Positions 1-12,830 of a stretch of DNA of 64,000 nt are shown here, piece by piece. Position numbers and translations under genes: made by a program. Within the stretch, counting starts at the first letter, position 1. Each line of letters opens with the position of its first letter. Origin of the DNA: Pelagomonas calceolata (taxonomy: Eukaryota); contig CAKKNE010000003.1 of assembly GCA_918797485.1 (NCBI GenBank), positions 2,232,001 through 2,296,000 of the forward strand, written 5' to 3'. The notes under the pieces are model-generated. The model searched no databases and was not told the DNA's origin. It saw nothing but the letters and a program-made list of their open reading frames with translations.

Positions 1-3000
1 GCGCTTCCGCCGCCTGCCGTTTCGCGTCGGCCTCGGCGCGAGCCTTCCGAGCGGCGTCTCGGCGAGCATCTTCCTCGGACTTTCGCAAGCGCGCCGCTTC
101 CTCCAATTCTGCCCTACGCTTCCTTGCCGCTTCTCTCCGTCGCGCGGCGGCCGCGTCGTCAAGGGCTTTCTGTTCCGCGAGCTTTCGTGCGTTTTCGGCG
201 TCCGCGAGGGCCTTGGCGTGTTTCCGTTCGGCTTCCTCCTCCTTCTTGCGGGCCGCGGCAGCTTCACGCTCCCTCCTCAGGCGTTCCAGCTCCTCCTTCC
301 GGCGAGCTTCATCTTCCAATCTCTTTCGTTCCTTCTCTTCGGCGAGGGCCTTGAGGCGAGCCTCCTCTTCGGCCGCCTTGCGGCGCGCCTCTTCATCCTT
401 CGCTTTGCGGCGTGCCTCCGCTTCCTCGAGAGCCTTCCGTTTTCGCTCCGCTTCGTCGGCCAACCGTTGCTGTTCCGCGGCCTCGCGCTCCGCTTCCTGG
501 GCCTTCCGCTTCGCGTCCTCGGCGGCCTTCGCCTCGGCTCTCGCTTTGGCGTCCAATTCAGCTTCGTGGCGTGTGGGATCGTGGCGCCACTGAATGATCA
601 ATTCGACAGCGCCTTCAGCGCCCTCACCAGATAATTCGTACCATTTTTGCTCGGTCTTGCCCTGCAAGGGCATGAGATCGATGCTCACGGAGCCCATGGC
701 ATCGTTGCTGGAAATGGTGTCGGCATCTTCACACTTGACCTCGAGCACGCAGGTGCCGCCGCAGTCCTCAGGCTTTAATGGAATGCTGTATTGCTCTTTC
801 CAAATTGGATCTAAGGTGGTCTTCTGGGCCTTAGTCTTGCCTGTCCACGAGGCTTCGGCGGCCGTCGACAGCGCGAAGGTCAGCTTCGGATCGCTACTTC
901 CGCCAGCGCTGAAGAGATTGCGGTCACGAATAGCGAGCTTCCTGCCACGGAACGCGGCGACCCGTAATTCGTTGACCGGGCCGTCCGACATGTTCTCGCG
1001 ATCGAACGGGTCCCAATCTAGGGACGCGTTGTACCGCCACAGGATAATCAGCTCGACGTCGCCGTGGACGTCGCCCTTGCACTTCTTCTTCGTGAGCGGA
1101 TCCTCGGGCTGCAGTGAATACCACTTTCTCGTGATCGTGTTCGGCTTGAGCTGCGACAGGTCGATGCCCTCAGTGCTCCCCATAAAGTCCGCCGCCGAGA
1201 TCTCGTCGACGTCCTCGACGCGGCAGTGCAGCGTCTCCCCGCCGTTCCCTGTTAGCGGCACGCACCAGGTTTCCCGCCACCGCGGATTGAGGGTCTTCTT
1301 GAGCGTCTCTGTCGTGTGCGAGAGCTTCACCGACGACCCGCCGACGACGTTCAGGATGGCTCGAGGGTCCGACGTGCCACCACTACTAAAGATATTCGAG
1401 TCTTTGATGACGAGATTTCGGCCTTGCGACACCACCACGCAGAGCTCATTGGGAGTCTTGGCCCGAGACGCCTCCTCGACTTCGTCGAAGGGGTCGAAGG
1501 CCAGCGCGGGATCATGGTACCACTGTAGAATTAACTCTACTTCTCCCTCGTCGAGTGCATACCACTTCTTCGAGACGGCCTGATTACGCAGCTCGGCCAG
1601 GTCTACTTCGAAGCTCCCCATCGAGTCATCCTTCGAGACAGCGTCACGGTCAAAGCACTCGACCCGCAGCTTCGGCAGCGGCTCGAGATCAGGTAATGGC
1701 TGTGTGAAGATCTCTCTCCAGACTGGATCGACGGTCTTGTTTTGCACCGTCGAGTGGAAGGTCACATTGGTTCCCGTGAGCGAGAACTTGCAGTACGGAT
1801 CGGAGGAGCCGCCCTTGGACCTGTGGGCAAATCAACCAGTGAGTCAAGAGCCGTAAAGTTTGATTTCGGCACCGCATGCGACAGCAAATTCTTGTCCTTG
1901 ACGGCCAGCTCGCGCCCCTGGCTCAATCCGACCCGCAATTCGTTCGGTGCTTTGTCGGGGAATTTCGGGGCGGCGAACGGCTTCCAGGCGTTCGTCGGCG
2001 AGTGGCGCCATTGCGCAATGACTTCGATAGCGCCACCCGTGTCCAGGGCATACCACTTGCGGAGCGGCTCGCCCTTGCGCTGCAGGAGCGTGGCGAGGTC
2101 AACCTGCGGGAACGAACGTCGCGGCGACGGCGTGGAGTGGGCAGGTGAAAGTTAAAGTTTCTGACTCCGAAGCGCGCCGTCACCGAGCCCATGGGGTCGT
2201 TCTTGGACACGGCGTCCCAGTCTTGAACATTGAGCGTGAGCGAGGGCTGGTCGCCGCTCGACGATGGCGACACAGACCACAGGAATTGCTCATGAAAGAC
2301 TGGTTCCAGAGTCTTCTTCTTGACCGCAGTTTTCTTGGCCTTCTTGGCCGATGAGAGCGAGACTTCCACGAAGGGGTCACTGCTCCCACCCTTGCTCAGG
2401 AGGTTCTTGTCCATGATTGCTAGGCCTCGGGCTTGCACCACAGCAACTCTGAGCTCATTGAGTTCATCGTCAATGACAGGCTCGTTGAATGGATCGTAGT
2501 CCAAATCAGGATTATACCTCCACTGCATGACGACGTTGACCTCGCCAGAGACTTCCTTCGGTAGCCCCTTGTCGTTCTGCTGCAGCGTGTACCACTCTCG
2601 GGATATGCCATGGTCAGGCTGCAAATCAATAGTCACGCAGCCCATCGCATCCGCCGACGAGATCTCGTCCCAGTCTTCGACCTGCGTTCGCGGATGGCGT
2701 GAAGCGTCGCAACGATAGCGTATGGCGTCGAAGGCGTCTCGGCGGACGCTGACGCGCACCTGGAGCGTCAGCTGCGGCTTCGTCCAACCGTCTAGATCAA
2801 TATGTGGCAGAGGGACGACGAAGGTCTCCTTCCAGACGGGCTCCAGGGACTTTTTGATGACCTTCGAGGCCGCAGTCCACGCGGTACCGGCGATGGAGAG
2901 CCTGACGCGCGGGTCCGAGCTGCCACCCTTAGATAGGATGTTTTTGTCGGCAATTACGAGGTCCCGGGCCTTGAACAAGCCGATACGCAATTCGTTCGGA

Positions 3001-6000
3001 GTCTTGTCAGACGTGTCCTCCGAGAATGGTTCGAACGCTATCGCTGGATCGTGGCGCCACTGCACATGCAAACAGACGTGACCCGCCACGTCGCCCTTGC
3101 GGCCCTCGGCCTCGCCAAGCTTGAACCACTTCTTCAGCACCTTCTGGTCCTTCAGCTCATCGAGGTCGACGCTGAATTGCCCCATAAAATCTGAGCCGGA
3201 CACCTGCGCGGGAATCCTCGCGTCGATGGCGTCAATAAAGTGTCTCGGACGCGGCCGCCACACCTCGTCCCAGTCCTCGCACGTGCACACAAGCTTCATC
3301 GATTCCTTGCCCGGAGTGACCGAGCGAGCAAACTGCTCGTGCCACACGGGGTCCAAGGATTTCTTCTTGGGCTTCGTTTTGAAGGGCTTGAGCGATGAGC
3401 CTTCCAGCGCGAACGTCAGGAACGGGTCCGAGGAGCCGCCACTTGATAGAAGGTTTTTATCCGCCACGGCGAGGCCCAGCGCCGACACAGCAGCGATCCG
3501 AAGCTCGTTTGGCTCCTTAGCAAGAAACTCGGCCTCGGTCTGGTCCTCGAACGGCTCGAACGCGAGGTCACGGTTGCGTCGCCACTGCAGGACAAGGTAG
3601 ACCTCACCCTTCGCGGCGCCACCGTCCTTATGCGTAAGTGGATACCAGCCCTTCACAATGGCCTGGTCGGCAAGCGGTTCCATTTGAATAGTCACCCTGC
3701 CCATGAAGTCGGCGGCAGACACGCGATCCCAGTCCTCCATGTCTACGACGAGTTCCCACTTCGTCTCCGGGGGCCCCTTCGGTAGGGCTACCTCAAAGGT
3801 TTCTTTCCAGGTCGGCGTGAGCGTCGATTTCTTGGTAGAAGACTGCAGCTTGATCGCAGTACCAGCGACAGAAAACGTGCATCGAGGGTCCGAGCTCGAC
3901 TTGCCCACGAGGGCCTTGTCCATGGCCGGGAGATCTCTAGCGCGACCGAGGCCAATCCTAAGCTCATTGGGCTCCCCTTCAGTTTCTGACGGCGCGAAGG
4001 GGTCGAATGCCGTGACCGGATTGTACACCCATTGCAGGAAGAGCTCGACGTGGCCGGCAACGTCGCCTTTGCGACCCTCGGTTTCCTCGAGCTTGTACCA
4101 TTTCCTGACCGGCTTGTGATCGGTCAGCGGACCGAGGTCCACGGTGAATTGACCCATGAAATCCGCGCCCGAGACTTCGTCGACGTCTTCGCAAGTTACG
4201 GTCAGCGATGGTGATGAGCCGTCGCCCGGCACGTCCAGCAGCCGCACGAACTGCTCATGGAACTTGGGATCCAAGCATTTCTTGATGGTATGGCTTTTCC
4301 AGGGGTCGTCGACGCCGGTGAGCTCGAAGGTGCAGCGAGGGTCGGAACCTGCGCGGACGGACGTATCAAGCAAGTTTCGCGTCGATGGCGTGGAGAGCGA
4401 CAGTTGATTTGCACACAGGTCGGAACTGCCCCCCTTTGACAGTAAATTTTTATCCGCGATAGCGAGGCCTTGCGCCCGAATCAATGCGATTCGCAATTCA
4501 TTCGGTGCCTCGCCCTCATGCTCGTCAACAAAGCCGTCAAAAGGGCAGAAGTCCAGTCTCGCGTTGTAGCGCCACTGTAGCACGAGCTCGACGTCGCCCG
4601 AGACCTCGTCCTTCTCCGTGCGGGGTTGGAGCGTACGCCAGAGCCGCTTGACCTTCCCGTCGAGGCATTCATTCAAATCACAGTCGAAATGACCCATGAA
4701 ATCAGCGCCGGACACTTCATCGACGTCTTCGCACTTGCCCTGCAGCTTTAGACCGCCGGCCGGCCCCTTCGGCAGCTCGAGCGTCATCACTTGCTTCCAG
4801 ACGGGGTCGAGACTCTTCTTGACCGTCTCGGACGTGCACTTGAGGGCGGTTCCGTCGACGGTGAAGGTCATGCGCGGGTCCGAGCTGCCCTCGCCCCAGA
4901 GCAGGGCCTTGTCCTTGACCGCCAGGCCCGTCGCCTGAAACAATCCGATCCGCAGCTCGTTGGGCTCTTTCCCTTCGGGCAAGGCTTCGTCCTCGAAGGG
5001 CTCGAACGCTCTGGCTTCCGCATACCTCCAGCAGACGACCACACAGACGTCGCCCGACGCGCCCTCGCCTTCGAGGGGCAGCCAGACCTTCTCGCCCGTC
5101 CTTTTTTGCTGTGATGTCCACTTCTCGAGACTTAGGGTGGCCGTTCCCATGGCGTCGTCGCCGCTCACGGTGTCGTGGTCCCAGCAGGACACCTCGAGCT
5201 CCGGTGTCGGTTTGTCCGGCGGCCGCTCGGACGAGAGCGGTAGAATGAACAATTCTTTCCAGACCGGGTCCAAGCTAGTCTTCTTGACCTTCGTGCGCCG
5301 CTCTAGAGTGGTGCCAGCGACCTTTAGCTTGACGTAGGGGTCACTTGAGCCCTTCCCGACGAGGCCCTTGTCCTTTACGGCCAGATTCCGAGCTCGGAAC
5401 ACGCCGACGCAGAGCTCATTCGGCATTTTGGAGGATTCATCAACCTCGGGAAACGCCTCGAAGTCGCGGTCCGCGTCGTAGCACCACTGCAGGATCACTT
5501 CGACCTCACCTTTCTCCTCGCCTAGGGAGTACCACTTCCTCACGACCTTCTGCGGCGGCAGCTCGGAGAGCGCCACTTGCACTTCGCCCATGAAATCAGC
5601 GGACGAGACTGCGTCGTAATCTTCGACCACGCACTTGAATGTGAGTGAGGCGTCCTCTACGTCGAATTCGTGGACCTCGCGCCACTTGGGCTCCAGCGTC
5701 TTGGATTGGTGCGCCGACGTAATAGGCTTGCCGACGACGGCGCCGTCGCCGTCGACGAGAGACAGCACGCATCGAGGGTCCGAACTGCCACCCTTGCTCA
5801 ACAGATTTTTGTCCATCACCGCCAAACCTGTGTGAAAATCAATCTCGGCCATGGCGCGGCCGCCCTGCTTCCGTCGAGCAGGTGTAGCGTCGATGGCGCG
5901 GAGGTCGACGCGGCGATCCAGGAGGAACGCGCCGTAAATATTTGATTTTTCCACACAGCGCCAAACCACGCCCTTGGGACAGCCCGACTCGCAGTACATT

Positions 6001-9000
6001 GGGCGCTTTATCTGACCCTACGTCGGTAAACGGCTCAAAGTCCAGCAACGGGTTGTAGCGCCACTGGTACCAGATCTCGACCTCGCCCGACACGTTCTGC
6101 GTCTTCTTATCGTCCTGTAAATCCAACAGACACCACTTCCGGCAAGCCGGTTGATTCGGTGCCTCGACACACCCTTTCAAGTCAATGACGCAAGACCCCA
6201 TGAAGTCCCTTGCAGTTACCGCATCCCAGTCGCCCACTGTCACTTTGAGCTGGCAGTCACCGGCCTCGTCGACGGAGCAGGGCTTCGCGAAGGCCTCCTT
6301 CCACGTGGGATTCAGGGTCTTCTTCTTCACAGTGGTTTCGGCCTTGACGGATCCGAGCTCGAAGGTCACGACGGGATCACTACTACCTTTCCCCATCATG
6401 CTCTTGTCCTTGACTGCGAGTCTACGGGCTTGAATCGCGGCCACGCGCAGCTCGTTGGGCTTCTTGCCCTCGACGGCCTCGACCGCGTCCGCGAAGGGCG
6501 CGAAGGCCAACGAGGGGTTATGGCGCCACTGGACCACGAGCTCGAGGTCGCCCGTGACCTGCGGGTATCGAGTGTCGACCTGTCGCGTCGATGGCGTGAG
6601 GTGGCTCTCTCACCCTGGAGCTGGGTCGATGCGCTCGGAGCCGCGGGAGCGGCGGTGCGGACACTCTCTCGACGCCATCGACGCAAGTCGAAGAGACGAC
6701 AACGGCGCCGGACGCGAACGTTCGACGAGCCCTTCTTGCCCTCACTATCGGCACTCAACGGAAACCACTTGCGCAGGCGCTGATTCTTGAGCGGCTCTAA
6801 TTCAACCCGGGCCCGGCCCATGAAGTCCGCGCTGCTCACCGCATCTATATCCTCGACGAGCACGTCCAGGACCGGCGGGTTCTCACTGTCGGACCCCGGC
6901 GTGTACTCGAAGCTGAACACCTCGCACCACCGCGGCTCGAGCGTCTTCTGTTTTGTGGAAGATTGGGCCTTGAGCTCCGTGCCCGACACCGTGAGGGTGC
7001 ACCGCGGGTCGGAGGAGCCGCCCTTCGACCTGTGGGCAAATGAACCAGTGGGACGTCGCGTCGATGGCGTACGAGCCGCCCCAAACTCTCGCCAATATCG
7101 CCCTCGTTGTTCTCTCGCGAGACGCGTGGACTCTCTGACGGCCGCGTCGACGGCGTCGAGGCGGCGCGGCACCGAGTCCACGCCATCGCACGCGCAACGC
7201 GCCACCAAGGACGGAGGAAGGCGTGGAGGAAGGCGCCGTAAAAAAAGACACCGCCTTCGCGACAGCAAGTTCTTGTCCTTGATCGCCAGGTCCCTCGCAG
7301 CGACAATAGCCACCCGCAACTCGTTGGGAGGCGCATCCGCATGCTCATCCGGCTCCAGGAACGGCTCAAAATCAAGGGCGGGGTTGTACCGCCACTGCGC
7401 GATGAGCTCCACGGCACCCTTCACGTTCTCCGACTTGCCCTCTTCCGGTAACAACGTGAACCACTCCCGCCTCGCTTTTTGAGTGGAGCAGAACTCGGAG
7501 ATTTCTATACTAATACGACCCATGAAGTCCGGACTTGAAACCTCATCTTCGTCGTACAGCAAAACTTCCAATCGAGGCTGGACCTCGCCCTTCTTCAGCG
7601 GCACCTGGAACAGCTCGTTCCAGCGGGGGCAGAGCGTCTTGTACTTCGTCTGCGACTTGAAGGGCTTCTTCGCAGTCGAGTCGCCGCCGGTGACCTCGAA
7701 TTTCGCGAAGGGGTCCGAGGAACCTGTGTTGTATGATGCGTCGACGGCGTCCAGGGCGGTATCGCGTCGATGGCGTGGCGGTGGGGTAGGGGCGTGAGAC
7801 GGCATCGAGTCGGGGAGCTCACACGCCATCGATGCGACGCAAATTGCGTGGAGAAATGTCTCGAAGGCCCCACAAGGACACAAAATCACGCACCGCCCTT
7901 GCTCAGCAGGTTCTTGTCTTTTATGGCCAACCCGCGCGCCTGCACCAGCGCCAGCCGCAGCTCGTTCGGCGCCTTATCTTCGTAGGCAGGCTTCAATTCA
8001 CTGTCGGGGTAGGGATCAAAGTCGAGCTCGGGGTTGTAGCGCCACCGGACAAAGACCTCCAGGTCGCCCGAGATATTTGAGGACGCCTTGTCATCTGATC
8101 GCGCCTGCAGGGGCAGCCACTTTTTTAGACGTTTATGATCTTTGAGAGGGTCGAGTTCGACCCGTACCAAACCCATGAAGTCCGCTGCTGTGATAGTGTC
8201 GACGTCCTCGCACTCAATCACTAACGAAGGGGGCTGCGAGTCGTCGGGACCCCTAGAGTAGGGGAAGGCGAAGGTCTCGTTCCAGATGGGGTTGAGCGTC
8301 GTCTTTTTTACGGCCGAGACTTCTTTGAGCTCCGTGCCGTCGATGCGTAACGTGCAGCGCGGGTCGGAAGAACCTTCCCCATACAAGACCGCCTTGTCCT
8401 TAATGGCCAGATGTCTTCCGCGCCCCAACCCGACGCAGACCTCGTTCGGCGCCTTGTCCGGGTACTTGTCCTCCTCGCAAAAGGGGTCGAAATCTAGCTC
8501 GGGGTTGTAGCACCACTCGAGGATCAGCTCCAATTCCCCGTGGACGTTCGAGGACTTGTGCTCGCCGCCGGCGTCGGCCTCGAGCGCGTACCACTTCCGT
8601 ACTCGCTGCTTCTCGACGGCGTTGAGCTGCGCGGGAATAACATCGTCGGGTCGCGACGACGGCGCGATGGCGCGTCGACGGCGGACGAGCGGCCCCGAAC
8701 TCTCGCGCCGTCGCGTCGATGGCGTGCAGCGCGGTACTGCTCGTGAGGGGATCACACACACAGAAACGAAGGACGCCGGACGAAAACGGGAAGATTCAAT
8801 TCGCCCATGAAGTCCGCCGACGATACCGTATCGACGTCTTCGCACGTCACCTCGAGGATGGGGCCGTTGATGCCGAAGTCGATCGGCTTCTCGTCCTCGG
8901 CGTAGTCCTTCGTGAGTGGTAATGAAAAGGTCTCGCGCCACGACGGGTCCAAACTTTTCTTGATGCACTTCGACGTGCAGTGCAAGTCCTTCGTGCCCGT

Positions 9001-12000
9001 TACTTTGAAGCGCACGCGCGGGTCGCTCGACCCGGCACCATAGAGCACGGCCTTGTCCTTCACGGCGAGACTTCGTCCTTGGACTAAGGCTATTCTCAAT
9101 TCATTGGGGTCCTTGTCGGCGTGCTTCGGGTCCTTCTCTTCGTCGAGCCTGCGTGTGTAAAGGCGTCGATGGCGTACACAGTGGGTAGGTACGCACCAGG
9201 GGTCAAAATCTAAAGCCGGGTTGTAGCGCCACTGCACTATGACGTCGAGCTCTCCGGTGACATTTGACGATTTGCCATCTACTGCACCAAGTTTGTGCCA
9301 GCTTCTAGAACGTCGCTTCGGCTCCTTTAATAAAGATTGGAGCTCAATGTCCACTTTACCCATAAAGTCCGCGGAGGACATGCCGTCGATATCTTCGCAC
9401 GTCGCGGTTAACACCCAGCCCGGTTCCCCTTCTTCCGGCGGCGGCAATGCATGTGTATAAGTCTCGTTCCAGGTCGGATTTAATGTTTTCTTTTTTGGTT
9501 TCGAGTGCCACGGCTTGAGGGGGGTGTCGGCCTTGTCATTTCCTAGAACACTGAGAGAGAAAGATACCCTAGGATCGGACGTGCCCTCGCCCCACAGGAC
9601 CGGCTTGTCTTTGACCGAGAGGTCCCGGCCTTTCGCTAATGCTATTCTCAGTTCGTTCGGCGGCTTGTCGCCGCCCTCCTCGTCACACCTGTGTCGAACG
9701 ATGGCGTCACGAAACTGTCTCCGTTCACTCACGAGACGTCTAGACTCTCTGACGGCCGCATCGACGGCGTCGAGGCGGCGCGGCATCGCGTCGACGCAAC
9801 TGAGGTTCGGAAAAGTTCGGAAATCACACTGAGTCACGCACCAAGGGTCGAAGTCCAGCTCCGGGTCGAAGCGCCACTGGACACTCACGTGGATTTCCCC
9901 CGACACGTTTGAGCTACTTTTGCCGTCGGGGTCCGGGCCGAGCGCATACCACCCCGCGAGCGTCTCTCTCTTTTCTAACAGAGGCGTCAATGCAATGTCC
10001 ACGCAGCCCATGAAGTCCGCACTGCCCACTTTATCGACATCTTCGCAGATGCACCGTAACGTCGGCGGGGACCACGTTCCCTCGGTCTTATCGTCTTTCT
10101 TCGGCTGGCGGAGTTCCCGCGCGAAGACCTCGCGCCACACGGGATCTAAGGTCTTCTTCCTCACTGAGGATTTGAAATGCCTTTCCTTTTCCTGCTTTTT
10201 GCGCTCATTCTTATCGTCGGAGAACTGGCCTCCCAGTAACTCGAACCGGACGCGCGGGTCGGACGTGCCCCCTTTACTTAATAAATTCTTGTCCTTGATG
10301 GCCAGGCCTCTTCCCCTGAATAAAGCTACTCGGACCTCGTTCGGCTCCCGGTCGGGCACGTCATCTTCGGCCTGTGTGGTTCATAAGATTTGTCGCGACG
10401 CCGCCGCGTAGGCTCTCCTTCCGGCCGCATCGACGGCGTCGAGGCGGTGTGGTCTCATGAAGACGCCATCGACGCAACTTGAGGTCCGGAAAAGGTTGGA
10501 AATCACGCCGAGGTGGCACGGAAAAGGGCTCAAAATCTAGATCTTTGTTGTAGCGCCACTGCGCGATAACCTGCAAGCTGCCGCGACTGCCGTCGCCTCC
10601 ACTTCTTTGGGTCTTCTCGCCCAACGGGTACCACTTGCTCACCGGTTTATGCTTCGCTTCGAGTAACTCATCGAGCTTCAGCACGACGAGGCCTGTGCGG
10701 AAATCAACCAGTGAGTTAGGTTGGCCTTCGTCGACCTCCACGCCATCGAGCTGACGTAGTCACAGGGACAACGTCGCGTCGACGGCGTAGAATCCACGCC
10801 ATCGAGCAGGCGCAGTCACCGGGACAACGTCGGACGCGGGACCGCACCGAGGAAGTCGTCGCTGCCGACCAAATCGTAGTCCATGACCTCGAGCTCGACT
10901 TCCTTGGGCTGGGATTCCGTACTTGTACCTTTCTGGCCCGCTACTAAATCAAAGGTGAAGGAAGAGTCGTTCCAGACGGGCGCCAGCGTCTTCATCCGCG
11001 TCTTCGTTTTTTTGTCCGAGAAGCCCTCGAGCTTCACTTTCACGTAGGGATCCGACGTCTTGCCCTTCGAACTAAATGGTACGGCGGCGTCCATCGCTTT
11101 TAAGTCTCGCGCTCGTGCGATGGCTATTCGTAACTCGTTCGGCGGCTTGTCCGTCTCAGAAACCTCTTCAGTGAAGAAGGGCCGGTCCTCGGACGGGTCG
11201 TACTGGGGGTCGTAGACCATCTTCAGGGCTAACTGTATCTGGCCTCGATCCGCCGCGGGCGAGCCGTCTTTGTTGCACAGCGGAAACCACGTCGGCGGCG
11301 CCGCGCCATCTGCTTCTAATGTAGGAATAGAAGCGGGCGAGATGGTCACCTTGCCCAGGAAGTCTGAAGATAAAGTGTCGTGGTCCTCCACGAGCACGTC
11401 GAGCGACGGTAGAGGCTTCTTCTCTTTTGTGACTGGTACCGGGAGCTCGACCATCTTCATCCAGATCGGTGCTAGAGACTTTTTAACTACCTCGGTCTTT
11501 TCCTTCTTGTCTCCGAACTGGAGGGTAACGAAGGGGTCACTGCTGGACGTACCCATCAAGGATTTATCGGCAGCTTTCAAACCGCGGGCCCGGACGACGG
11601 CCACGTGCAGCACGTTCGGCTCGCCCTGCTCCGGTTCCTGGTCATCGACGAACCATCTGGCGCTGTCGGCGGCCTTGGCCGCGTCGGCTTGCGCGTCGCC
11701 CGTGCCGGCCGTCAACAGGATCTTGACCTCGACCTCGCCGGCGCCTTGCTGGCCTTCTAATGCATCTAGCTTCAGCCACTCGGCAACACCTCTCCCGTCC
11801 GGGCCCGCGTCGGGCTGCGCCGCCCACCGCGCCGCTAAATCGACACTTACTTCGCCGAGGGGCTTGGCCTTGCCGCTGCCCATGCCCATCAGGCCCGCGT
11901 TCCAATCATAAACCTGGAAGCGCAATGTTTGCAAAGGCACGTCGTCGAACACAAAATTTTCATCTTTATAGCGCGGCGCCAACGTCTTCTTTATGGTCCT

Positions 12001-12249
12001 TGTTTTACGAGCCTTGTCGTGCGGCTTCGGGAGGGCCTTGCCATTGCTCACGAGCTGGACACACACAAAAGGATCGCTCGTGCCCGACTTGTCCGCGGCC
12101 CTCAAGCCGCGCGCGCCGAGCACTTCCACACTTAATCGTCCGGACTCCCAGGGCGGCCCGTCTGTGATTGGCGTCGGCGGCGGCGGCGCGGCCTTCGCCT
12201 CGTCCTTGCCGCCGAAGGGTAATTTGGGTGCATTGAAGCCGAAGGGCAT
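1..12249 (-). CDS. Giant multi-C2-domain protein (21 tandem C2 domains followed by an E/K/R/A-rich coiled coil); 3' end runs off the window
   Basis: ORFs 10816-12249, 10361-10741, 8752-10359, 7886-8968, 6396-7889, 5839-6537 and 1923-5999 plus an open frame 1820->1 join in frame after removing 14 introns: 10693-10847, 10372-10519, 9689-9841, 9149-9196, 8627-8787, 7724-7893, 7030-7263, 6559-6719, 5828-5966, 4349-4426, 3204-3263, 2682-2759, 2104-2177 (GC donor) and 1821-1882. Repeated C2 signature NELR...A..L...D......SDP...KKTL.P.W.E.F...D.D..S..DFMG...W. About 3509 codons lie in the window. Confidence 0.88.
4349..4426 (-). mobile_element. Introner-type intron with perfect 8-bp TSD GTTCCGAC (in-frame, 78 nt)
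   Basis: Minus strand GTTCCGAC-CTGTGTGCAAATCAA...GCGCAG-GTTCCGAC; removal restores GGSSDPRC. Confidence 0.85.
5828..5966 (-). mobile_element. Introner-type intron with TIRs and perfect 8-bp TSD GTTTGGCG
   Basis: Minus strand GTTTGGCG-CTGTGTGGAAAAATCAA...TTGATTTTCACACAG-GTTTGGCG; removal restores RGLAVMDKNLL. Confidence 0.9.
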
Positions 12250-12830
12250 GGTTGTTGTCGCTCGGCGGCGCCGCTCCTAGCGACGAGTTACTGTTGTTGT
12301 TGGCAGCGCCGCTCCTAACAAGCTAGCGCTGCAGCCCGCTGTGGCAGCCCGACGCACGCGACGCCTGACCACCGACGAGGCAGCCGACGTGCGACGTGCG
12401 ACCACGAACGACGGTGCGTGCGGTGATCCGATCACCGCAACACACCGTGGCTGCTCACCGTTTTGGGGCAGCAATGTGCGCAACCGCCCTTCTGGACGTG
12501 CGGGTTCCCAGCCAAGGAAAGCCGTCCCAGCCCTCCGGCACCCATCCATGCGCCGCCGGCCACGGCTCGAGCGGTGCGCGCGGCTGCTCGGGCTCCCCGG
12601 CCGGGCAGCATCTCCCGGCTCCAGCGCTCTGCTATAGCGCCGGGCGTGCGCAGGAGTGCCGTCAAGCGTATATAACGGTGGGACGCAACAGACAAGGACC
12701 GTAACCGTGCGAACCCGCAGCCCCGGCAGCGTCGCGGGCCAACGCACCCATCCCACAGCCCAGGCCCTAGGCAGGGGCAGCCCATCACACCGCAGTCCCG
12801 GGGACAGCACAGCACCACACCACGAAAAAG

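Noticed and set aside
594..11911. Long plus-strand S/T-rich ORFs over the C2 gene (e.g. 594-1583, 11270-11911)
   Set aside because: Antisense shadows of a GC-rich coding strand; no motifs of their own.
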